This document shows positions 1 through 14,482 of a stretch of DNA of 64,000 nucleotides, piece by piece. The DNA comes from the human T2T-CHM13v2.0 reference genome, Homo sapiens: the NCBI RefSeq assembly GCF_009914755.1, contig NC_060929.1. One strand, written 5' to 3'. The notes under the pieces were generated by a model. The model saw only the letters and a list, made by a program, of their open reading frames with translations, was not told the origin of the DNA and did no database searches. The position numbers and the translations under genes were made by a program. How positions within the stretch are numbered: position 1 is the stretch's first letter; the number at the start of each line of letters is the position of its first letter.

Positions 1-177
1 TTTTTCAAAGTGGGTCCCCCAAAGCATCAGCAACACATGGAAACTTAAAGAAATGCAAATTCTTAGGCCCCGCCCCAGATTTAGTGAATCAGAAACTCTG
101 GGGGTACAGTTCAGTAACAGGTGCTTTAACAAGCTGTCCAGGTGTTTTTGATGAATGTTCAAGTTTGACAACTAGTG
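1..177. mobile_element. MER5A-like hAT-Charlie non-autonomous DNA transposon
   Basis: Contains 'agaaatgcaaattcttaggccccgccccag...gaatcagaaactctggggg...tttaacaag', matching the recalled MER5A consensus. Confidence 0.8.
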
Positions 178-807
178 GGTCAGTTTTTTGGCTTTAATTC
201 CTCTTATTTCCATGTGCCTCTCTGCTCTCTTCCATCCCATCATCAAGTCCTCACCCTAACAGGGCAAACTTCTTTTGGAAAGTAGAGAGGGAGCAGGAGA
301 CATTTTTACGCCCGATTCAAAAGCATGTGACTTTGGGAAGAGAGACAAAGGTTGAAAAACGAAGGGTAGTCTGTTTTGTTGTCCAATAATACACTATGGA
401 AAAATGTAGTAAATGCAGCTGTAATAAGTGAAAAAAAAATTGTTAAGGGAAAGAGATGCTCAAAGTTAGGATGGTACTATCCCTGCCCTGGGTATTTTTA
501 GAGGGACACCAATAAAAAATATACTTACTTTTTTGGTGGCTAGACTGTGTTTCTTTCAATTCAACACTGCAGAGATAAATATAGAAACCAAGTTAATATT
601 CAGGTTTTACAAAGAGGCGTCCTGCCCAGTTCAGTGTGTTATGGGACAAGAACAGCATGGGACAAGCAAAAACGAATCAGCAACTTCATTCTCTATCCCT
701 CTGCCTCTCTGAGCTATTGTTCACTCAATTATCCCCACTTCTTTATTCACCCTTCAGCCTCCCTTCTCCATGGTTCCTTCTCCCTCACTATGCAAACCTA
801 TGAACAT

Positions 808-1100
808 TATCACCGTAGGACAAAAAAACAAACATCGCATGTTCTCACTCATAGGTGAGAATTGAACAATGAGAACGCTTGGACACAGGAAGGGGAAACA
901 TCACACACTGGTGCCTGTCATGGGGTTGGGGGATGGGGGAGGGATAGCATTAGGAGATATACCTAATGTAAATGATGAGTTAATGGGTGCAGCACACCAA
1001 CATGGCACATGTATACATATTTAACAAACCTGAACGTTGTGCACATGTACCCTAGAACTTAAAATATAATAAAAAATGTATAATTTAAAAAAAAAAAAGA
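808..1100 (+). mobile_element. 5'-truncated L1PA 3' end (L1PA7-like) with A-rich tail
   Basis: Reads 'catgttctcactcatagg...ggacacaggaagggg...atacctaatgtaaatgatgagttaatgggtgcagcacaccaacatggcac...gtaccctagaacttaaa', then AATAAA and an A-run. It is more diverged than the adjacent L1. Confidence 0.9.
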
Positions 1101-1110
1101 AAATGAACTA

Positions 1111-2018
1111 GGAGGAGGAGCCAAGATGGCCGAATAGGAACAGCTCCGGTCTACAGCTCCCAGCGTGAGGGACGCAGAAGACCGGTGATTTCTGCATTTC
1201 CATCTGAGGTACCGGGTTCATCTCACTAGGCAGTGCCAGACAGTGAGCGCAGGTCAGTGGGTGCGCGCACCGTGCGCGAGCCGAAGCAGGGCGAGGCATT
1301 CCCTCACTTGGGAAGCGCAAGGGGTCAGGGAGTTCCCTTTCTGAGTCAAAGAAAGGGGTGACCGACGGCACCTGGAAAATCGGGTCACTCCCACCCGAAT
1401 ACTGCGCTTTTCCGACAGGCTTAAGAAACGGCGCACCACGAGATTATAACCCGCACCTGGCTCGGAGGGTCCTACGCCCACGGAGTCTCGCTGATTGCTA
1501 GCACAGCAGTCTGAGATCAAACTGCAAGGCGGCAGCGAGGCTGGGGGAGGGGCGCCCGCCATTGCCCAGGCTTGCTTAGGTAAACAAAGCAGCCCGGAAG
1601 CTCGAACTGGGTGGAGCCCACCACAGCTCAAGGAGGCCTGCCTGCCTCTGTAGGCTCCACCTCTGGGGGCAGGGCACAGACAAACAAAAAGACAGCAGTA
1701 ACCTCTGCAGACTTAAATATCCCTGTCTGAAAGCTTTGAAGAGAGCAGTGGTTCTCCCAGCACGCAGCTGGAGATCTGAGAACGGGCAGACTGCCTCTTC
1801 AAGTGGGTCCCTGACCCCTGACCCCCGAGCAGCCTAACTGGGAGGCACCCCCTCAGCAGGGGCACACTGACACCTCACACGGCAGGGTATTCCAACAGAC
1901 CTGCAGCTGAGGGTCCTCTCTGTTAGAAGGAAAACTAACAAACAGAAAGGACATCCACACCAAAAACCCATCTGTACATCACCATCATCAAAGACCAAAA
2001 GTAGATAAAACCACAAAG
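1111..2018 (+). promoter_or_regulatory. L1 5'UTR internal sense and antisense promoter, CpG-rich, with YY1 site
   Basis: YY1 motif CAAGATGGCC at 1122-1131 and dense CpGs over ~1130-1610. The L1 promoter architecture is established knowledge. Confidence 0.85.
1254..1562 (-). CDS. L1 antisense ORF0, 102-aa extended form
   Basis: ATG at 1562 gives MAGAPPPASLPPCSLISDCCASNQRDSVGVGPSEPG..., the recognisable ORF0 N-terminus. The frame stays open to 1254. Confidence 0.7.
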   Translation of the reverse strand: MAGAPPPASLPPCSLISDCCASNQRDSVGVGPSEPGAGYNLVVRRFLSLSEKRSIRVGVTRFSRCRRSPLSLTQKGNSLTPCASQVRECLALLRLAHGARTH

Positions 2019-3035
2019 ATGGGGAAAAAACAGAACAGAAAAACTGGAAACTCTAAAAAGCAGAGTGCCTCTCCTCCTCCAAAGGAACGCAGTTCCTCAC
2101 CAGCAAGGGAACAAAGCTGGATGGAGAATGACTTTGACGTGCTGAGAGAAGAAGGCTTCAGACGATCAAATTACTCTGAGCTATGGGAGGACATTCAAAC
2201 CAAAGGCAAAGAAGTTGAAAACTTTGAAAAAAATTTAGAAGAATGTATAACTAGAATAACCAATACAGAGAAGTGCTTAAAGGAGCTGATGGAGCTGAAA
2301 ACCAAGGCTCGAGAACTACGTGAAGAATGCAGAAGCCTCAGGAGCCGATGCGATCAACTGGAAGAAAGGGTATCAGCAATGGAAGATGAAATGAATGAAA
2401 TGAAGCGAGAAGGGAAGTTTAGAGAAAAAAGAATAAAAACAAATGAGCAAAGCCTCCAAGAAATATGGGACTATGTGAAAAGACCAAATCTACGTCTGAT
2501 TGGTGTACCTGAAAGTGATGGGGAGAATGGAACCAAGTTGGAAAACACTCTGCAGGATATTATCCAGGAGAACTTCCCCAATCTAGCAAGGCAGGCCAAC
2601 GTTCAGATTCAGGAAATACAGAGAACGCCACAAAGGTACTCCTCGAGAAGAGCAACTCCAAGACACATAATTGTCAGATTCACCAAAGTTGAAATGAAGG
2701 AAAAAATGTTAAGGGCAGCCAGAGAGAAAGGTCGGGTTACCCTCAAAGGGAAGCCCATCAGACTAACAGCGGATCTCTCGGCAGAAACCCTACAAGCCAG
2801 AAGAGAGTGGGGGCCAATATTCAACATTCTTAAAGAAAAGAATTTTCAACCCAGAATTTCATATCCAGCCAAACTAAGCTTCATAAGTGAAGGAGAAATA
2901 AAATACTTTGCAGACAAGCAAATGCTGAGAGATTTTGTCACCACCAGGCCTGCCTTACAAGAGCTCCTGAAGGAAGCACTAAACATGGAAAGGAACAACC
3001 GGTACCAGCCGCTGCAAAATCATGCCAAAATGTAA
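2019..3035 (+). CDS. L1 ORF1p (p40 RNA-binding chaperone), intact 338 aa
   Basis: MGKKQNRKTGNSK...; the coiled coil and the REKG, ARR and YPAKLS motifs are present, and the length is canonical. Confidence 0.97.
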   Translation: MGKKQNRKTGNSKKQSASPPPKERSSSPAREQSWMENDFDVLREEGFRRSNYSELWEDIQTKGKEVENFEKNLEECITRITNTEKCLKELMELKTKARELREECRSLRSRCDQLEERVSAMEDEMNEMKREGKFREKRIKTNEQSLQEIWDYVKRPNLRLIGVPESDGENGTKLENTLQDIIQENFPNLARQANVQIQEIQRTPQRYSSRRATPRHIIVRFTKVEMKEKMLRAAREKGRVTLKGKPIRLTADLSAETLQARREWGPIFNILKEKNFQPRISYPAKLSFISEGEIKYFADKQMLRDFVTTRPALQELLKEALNMERNNRYQPLQNHAKM

Positions 3036-3071
3036 AGACCATCGAGACTAGGAAGAAACTGGATCAACTAA

Positions 3072-6925
<3,854 letters not shown>

Positions 6926-7392
6926 ACAATGAGAACACATGGACACAGGAAGGGGAACATCACACTCTGGGGACCGTTGTGGGGTGGGGGGAGGGGGGAG
7001 GGATAGCATCGGGAGATATACCTAATGCTAGATGACGAGTTAGTGGGTGCAGCACACCAGCATGGCACATGTATACATATGTAACTAACCTGCACAATGT
7101 GCACATGTACCCTAAAACTTAAAGTATAATAAAAAAAAAAGAGTCTTCTTTAATCATGCAAACACCCCATAGGCACTACCCTAAATATGCTCTTCTGTTT
7201 GCCTACAGGTTTCTATAACTTGAAAGGAAATTCACTTTCAAAATCTCAACTTTGCATATCTGTTTATTCCTTGACCCACTATAACACACAGAAAGTCACA
7301 ATGGGTCGAGGAATAAAGAGAAGTGCACAGAATTCTGCAGAAAGGAACTTCTGTCATGTCCATCAATGATCCATTTAGAATATCTGATAGCT

Positions 7393-8772
7393 GGGGATGT
7401 GGCGCGCCGCGCGGAGAACAGAGCTTTAGCCCGCAGAACGCCCATATGTATGCCACCCGCCTCATCCAAATGAGATCCTACCTGGAGAACCGGGCCCAGC
7501 AGCACTGGGGCAGTGGAGCGGTAGTGAAGAAGCTGCGCGAGCTGCAGCCCGGGGAGAAGCGCTGTGTGGTGGGCACTTTGTTCAAGTCCATGCCGCTGCA
7601 GCCCTCCATCCTGCAGGAGATCAGTGAGGAGCACAACCTGCTCCCGCAGCCTGCTCGGAGCAAATACATCCACCCAGATGACGTGCTGGTCTTGGAAGAT
7701 GAACTGCAGCGTATCAAACTAAAAGGCACCATTGACGTGTCAAAGTTGGTTACAGGGATCATCCTGGCCGTGTTTGGCTCCGTGAGGGACGACGGGAAGT
7801 TTCTGGTGGAAGACCACTGCTTTGCTGACCTCACACCAACAAGCCCGCACCCCTGCTTGACACAGATAGGTTCCTGCTGCTGGTGTCTGGCCTGGGCCTG
7901 GGGGGAGGTGGAGGCGAGAGCCTGCTGGGCACCCAGCTGCTGGTGGGCGTGGTGACGGGGCAGCTTAGGGACGAAGGGGAGCAGTTCAGCGCGGCCCATG
8001 TCTCCCGAGTTGTCCTTGAAGGCAACCTCCTCAGCCACAGCACCCAGAGCAGAGATTCTATCAATAAGGCCAAGTACCTCACCAAGAAAACCCAGGCAGC
8101 CAGCGTGGAGGCCGTGAAGATGCTGGATGAGATCCTCCTGCAGCTGAGCTCCTCAGTGCCCGTGGACGTGATGCCAGGCGAGTTTGATCCCACCAACTAC
8201 ACACTCCCCCAGCAGCCCCTCCACCCCTGCATGTTCCTGCTGGCCACTGCCTAACTCCACACTCCAGCTAGTCATCAAACCTTACCAGGCCACCATTGAT
8301 GGAGTCAGATTCCTGGGGACATCAGGACAGAACATGAGTGACATTTTCCGATACAGCAGCATGGAGGATCACTTGGAGATCCTGGAGTGGACACTGCGGG
8401 TCCGTCACATCAGTCCCACAACCCCTGACACCCTAGGTTGTTACCCCTTCTGCAAAACCGACCCATTCTTCTTCCCGGAGTGCCCGCATGTCTACTTTTG
8501 TGGCAGCATCCCCAGCTTTGGCTGTTGGTGACCATCCCTGACTTAAGTGCCATGCAGACCGCCTGCCTCGTGAACCTGCCCAGCCTGGCCTGCCAGCCCA
8601 TCAGCTTCTCGGGCTTCGGGGCAGAGGACGATGATCTGGGAGGCCTGGGCCTGGGCCTCTGACTCAAAAAGGTGGTTTTGACCAGAGAGGCCCAGATGGA
8701 GGCTGTTCATTCCCTGCAGTGTCGGCATTGTAAATAAAGCCTGAGCACTTGCTGATGCGGAAAAAAAAAAAA
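7393..8772 (+). pseudogene. POLD2P1: Processed pseudogene of POLD2 (DNA polymerase delta p50 subunit), probably POLD2P1
   Basis: Intronless POLD2 peptides appear in several frames ([75 protein letters not shown]). Frameshifts lie at ~7838, ~8253 and ~8523. AATAAA is at 8733-8738 and poly(A) at 8761-8772. The TSD is AGAATATCTGATAGCT (7377-7392) and AGAATATCCCATAGTT (8772-8787). The P1 suffix is from memory. Confidence 0.95.
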
Positions 8773-8789
8773 GAATATCCCATAGTTTT

Positions 8790-9400
8790 AGCTTTTACCT
8801 TACTTGATCTCTCTGGAGTCTAATATTGTTGCTAAATCCTTCACTGAAACACTGTCCTCTCATGGTTTCTAACATGAAACCCTCTTTTTTCTCTTCCTCT
8901 CTCTCTATGGCTATTGCTCTCTAGCATCCTTTTAAGCTCAGCATCTCCTACCCTCCTTTTAAGTTCTGAAGCTTCTCCAAATTCTATCCTTGTCTCTCTT
9001 TTCTTCTCATCCTACATACACTTATCAAGCAGTGTTATCATCTACCACCAGCTCTCTTCTACCTCTCCAACTTAAATTGATCATAGCACTATTCTGATCT
9101 TCAGACTCTTAACTCTAATTTCTCAGATTATATTCATCTGAAAATGCCAAAGGATACTGAATCATCATCTTCCTTTCAAAACTGTATTTGGTCTACATGT
9201 TCTGTCTCCCATCCATTGCAAAACCTGAAACCTGGTGTTTATTTATATTTATTCTATAAGTATTTTTCTCCTTTAACCTTATATCAAATCAGTGAATAAA
9301 ATATTTTATTCTCTCCATCTTCACTGCTTCTGCCAGTCATGGTGTACGTTATTTCTTGCCTGAATTACTACAGTCATCTCATATCTTATGTGTCCCCTTC
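8790..9400 (+). mobile_element. Degraded L2 LINE fragment
   Basis: Pyrimidine-rich L2-like phrases ('ttgatctctctggag', 'tcttcctttcaaaact', 'ttgcctgaattactacag'). Boundaries are approximate. Confidence 0.45.
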
Positions 9401-9619
9401 ACATTGTTGGAAGTGATATTGTTATATTAAATGAAAGCAAACCTAACTGCATAAATTTCTCAAGAGTTTCCCATCAAAGACACTATAAAATCCACTATCT
9501 CTTAAGTGCATTCAAATTTCCTCATAAATTTATATATTCATACCAAACCAAGCTGGCTTTCACCTACCTTCACCGCATTTTTTATTTTTCCATTATACTT
9601 CTGATTCTCTGAACATACA

Positions 9620-10229
<610 letters not shown>

Positions 10230-10752
10230 CACAATCTTATTTTATAATCATCTACTTGTGTCTTTCTCCCCAAGCAAGTTCTTGATATCTGGGACTATAT
10301 CTTCATTTTTGTACCCACAGCATCCACCACATGTAGAAGTTTCTGGCATGCAGAAGATGGTCAATAAATGCCTGTTCAGTGGGTAAGTAATTGAATCAAT
10401 GCCATTCACTCAGTTTAAGATTCCCCACTCCCACTTGCACATGTAGAAAACACCTTCTCATCCTCAGCGCTCCACTGAAAGTTTACTCTGTGAAGAAATT
10501 TCTCTGGTTCCCACAGGCCAAATTCAGGATTCCTTCCCTGTGATCTTTATATACATCTCAGTTGTAGAAGTTACCACATTTTATTGAAATGATTGTGTAT
10601 TTGACTCTTCGAGTAACCTAATTAATACAGCTGGGCAAAAAAGAAGATAACTTTAGAGCATCTAAGAAAAGAAAAAAAATTCTCTAAACTACCTTCTACT
10701 AGTTTACTAGTTCCTAGTGGAGAAAAATTAAATTAATCTCAAATATTCAGAA

Positions 10753-10785
10753 TACACGCACACACGCACACACACACACACACAT
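10753..10785. repeat. (CA)n microsatellite, interrupted
   Basis: tacacgcacacacgcacacacacacacacaca. Confidence 0.9.
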
Positions 10786-11908
10786 TCTTGTGTCTTGTGT
10801 AGGGTCTATTTTATTCAATTAAGGTTTTCAACTCTCTTTATAATTGTGCAATTTTATAGCCCTTTCAAATATTGTTTCAGCTAGCTATCTGAGCTAGGTG
10901 GACACAAATTATGATGGAAATCAAGGTTCTGATGCCCAAGGTGGCAAGAAAAAGAAAAGATAACCCTAAAGAATTGACTGCTCGGTTCTTAATCCTGGCT
11001 ACATATGTTACAAGTTACACAAGCACAGCTGCTTCTCTATATTTGTTTCCAATGAGCGGCTGTAAAGGGAAATAAAACTACAACAACCTACCTCTCCAAC
11101 TCCTATTTCGACTTCCATCTCCTTATGGGAAGGGATAGAAAAAGCATTATAGAAAATAAGATTTGGACATGTTATTATTCACTAGTAGAAAAGACTGTAA
11201 TTTTATTCCACTATTCCACTTTTTATTTAAAACAACACCTAACATGCTTTCTTTTACTTAGTGATATAAGTGTTTATAAAGTGAACAAATTCAATCATTT
11301 AATATGCTAACTGCATATTAGTAATTGTGTGATAAAAAGTACTTTCCTCTATTACCTCATTACTCTTGCTACTAGCACTCTGAAAATATGACCATAACAT
11401 ACAGGTGGCTAACTACAAAGTGCTGAGAGGGACATGTTGAAAACTTCTTACCAAACTAGGAAGAACATGCAATACATATCATATCACATACAGATTGGTG
11501 TAGTCATGGCTGCTACTACATTATCCCATCTGCTGTAATGCCTGTCTACCCTAAAGGAGCTTACAATTTAGAATAGAGGCAACTATGTAGGGCTGTAATA
11601 CAAGATAGAAGGAGAAAGAAATCATAATAGCTCAGCCAGGTGGTCAGAGAAGACTTCATGGCATCACAGTCAGACTATGAGAATGAACAGGCTTTCCTTA
11701 TGTGGGGAAAGAGGTGGGTGAGAATAAAGTGGGCACTGGGCACTCCAGGAGGAGTCAGTTGCCTAAGCACATGCACAGAGGCTGGATTTCCTAGTCTCTG
11801 GCTAAAGGAAAATCCTGGCTCCTTTCTGGTCCTTCGTTCACTGACCACAATATTAAAAAAGAAATCTTAATTTCACTTAGTTACTTGTGCATAGGCCCCA
11901 GATGATTA

Positions 11909-12196
<288 letters not shown>

Positions 12197-12873
12197 TCAT
12201 GAGGACATTTAGCACTTCTAAGCCTCAGTTTCCTAAACTCTGCAATGAGGCAACTAGATCAGAGGAGTCGCAAAGGTCTCTTCCAACTCTAAACATCCAC
12301 AACAGACTAATTACCTGGGTTCTCTGCCTCTCCTTGTCTATTATTCATTAGCATCTCCGTGGGAGCAATAAAAGGAAGTGAAATTTAAACCAGCCAATTT
12401 TGCTGCTTCGCAGCTCTGGGAAAAGATTTGACAGACCAAGAAGCTGACAGCTATCGGTTGACTGCAATCATCAACACAGTCCCTGCCCACCATTACACAA
12501 CAGATAGTCCATATTTTACTTTATTTTTCTATTGAACTTTCTTTTTCAATATCTATAAAATTATTTTTATAATCCCCTTTTTATAGGTCCACAAAGTCCT
12601 AGAGGCCATAATATAACATTTGAATATTAAATACCAGGTACTATATGACTTGCTAGAATGATCTCAGTCAGTTTCCAATTCACATTCTGCTCACACAAAT
12701 CAAATGTTGTTACCCATCCAAGCTATTTGGCTGCTAAAATGGACAAGCGGCACTGTTCATAACATGAGGGTCACAAATAATAACCATACTCTCTTAATGT
12801 TCAATAATTATACCAACAACCAATATTCATGTCTCATTTATGAGCCAGGCGCTGTGCTAAATTCCTTATATGC

Positions 12874-13218
12874 TGTCTTAGTCCGTTTTGTGCTGCTATA
12901 ACTGAATACATGGGACTTGATAATTTATAAAGAACAGAGATTTACTTCTCACAGCTCTGGAGACTTGGAAGTCCAGGATCAGGGCACCAACATTTTGCAA
13001 GGCCCTTCTCACCATATCATCACATAACGGAAGGTGGAAGGGCAAGGAGGGAGCAAGCGGGGGCCAAACTCGCCCTTTATAATGGCATTAATTCCATCTA
13101 TGAGGGTAAAGCCCTCATGGCCTGATCATCTCTTAAAGGTCCTACCTCTTAGTATTGTTACAATGCCAATTATATTTCAACATGAGTTTTGGAAAGGACA
13201 AATATTCAAACCATAGCA
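12874..13218 (-). mobile_element. MaLR solo LTR (MSTD/MLT1A-like)
   Basis: TG...CA ends ('tgtcttagtccgttttgtgctgctataac...aaaccatagca') with 5-bp TSD TATGC on both sides. Confidence 0.88.
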
Positions 13219-13589
13219 TATGCTAAGGACTCTTTACTATTATCCCGAAAACACTGGAAAGGAAGCTCCATGTGGACAGGGAGTTCTGTTTGTTTTGTTC
13301 CACACTGATTCCCTCAAGATCTAAGAGCAGTGCTCTGCACTATTTATATGCTCAAATTCCAGTGGTTTGTCTCCAGAGCTCACCCTATTTACCACCATAC
13401 TGTGAGTCATAACTGATACACTAGTGCTCTACCCTCTGTGAAAAGCTGCACTGTGGGGGCAGCTCTAGAATCTGCCTATAGCATTTATCACTGGGGTGAC
13501 TTTGGCAAGTTATTCACCTGTTGGATGCTTTTGTTTCCTCTCTATAAAGTGGGCATGACAGCAGCACGACCTCATACACTGGTGAGGAT

Positions 13590-14482
13590 TAATATCAATT
13601 GCATAACAAACCACAAAAAAAATGATTTAAACAATAACAGTCATTTATTTTTGCTCTCAAATCTGCAATTTGGACAGGGCTCATCAGGGAAAACTCATTT
13701 CTGCTCCACACAGTATCAGGAGGGACAGCCCAGTGGAGGGCAGGATGATCCACATGCAAGACAGACAGCTCTCTCTCAGGGCACGTAGTTGGTGCCAGTT
13801 GCTAGCTGGAAGGGGCTCAGGTTCTTCCCCACATAGCCTGGGCCTCCTTGAGGCATACTGTCTGGGTTCTCATGGAGAGCGTCCACAGGGAGGAAGCCAG
13901 GCAGAAGCTGTCTCCCCTCTTTTTTACTTAGCTTTGGAAATCACATAGCATCATTTTTGTCATACTCTATCTCCTTTTGAAACAGTTACAAAAGCCCACC
14001 CAGCTTCAAGGGGAAGAGACCTAGACTCTGCCTTTTGTTGGGGGAGTGGCAGTGACATGGTTTAGCTGTGTCCCCACCCAAATGCCATCTTTAATTTTCA
14101 CGTGTTGTGGGAGGGACCCGGTGGGAAGTAATGGAATCATGGGGGCAAGTCTTTCCCGTGCTGTTCTCATGATAGTGAGTAAGTCTCACGAGATCTGATG
14201 GTTTTATAAAAAGGAGTTCCCCTGCACAAGCTCTCGCTCTCTTTGCCTACCACCATCCACGTAAGATGTGACTTGCTGCTCCTTGCCTTCTGCCATAATT
14301 GTGAGGCTTCCCCAGCCATGTGGAACTGTAAATTCATTAAACCGCTTTCTTTTGTAAATTGCCCAGTCTCGGATATGTCTTTATTAGCAGTGTTAAAGCG
14401 AACTAATACAGGCAGAGTTCTGGAAATCATGCTAAAGGGAAAATCTTGTTGTGCTCATTTGTGGAATATACAAGCTCCCACA
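13590..14482 (-). mobile_element. Old MaLR LTR (MLT1H-like), split by a THE1 LTR
   Basis: 'gcataacaaaccac...aaatctgcaatttggacagggctc...ggaaatcacatagcatca...cttcaaggggaagagacctagactc' resumes after 14415 and runs to '...gaatatacaagctcccaca'. Confidence 0.65.
14053..14410 (+). mobile_element. THE1 (THE1B-like) solo LTR
   Basis: 'tgacatggtttagctgtgtccccacccaaat...ATTAAA...aactaataca' with TSD GGCAG at 14048-14052 and 14411-14415. Confidence 0.93.

Noticed and set aside
547-858. 103-aa ORF
   Set aside because: GTG start, runs into an L1 fragment, and has no recognisable domain.
7296-8728. Multiple overlapping minus-strand ORFs up to 186 aa
   Set aside because: Antisense shadows of GC-rich POLD2 coding sequence.
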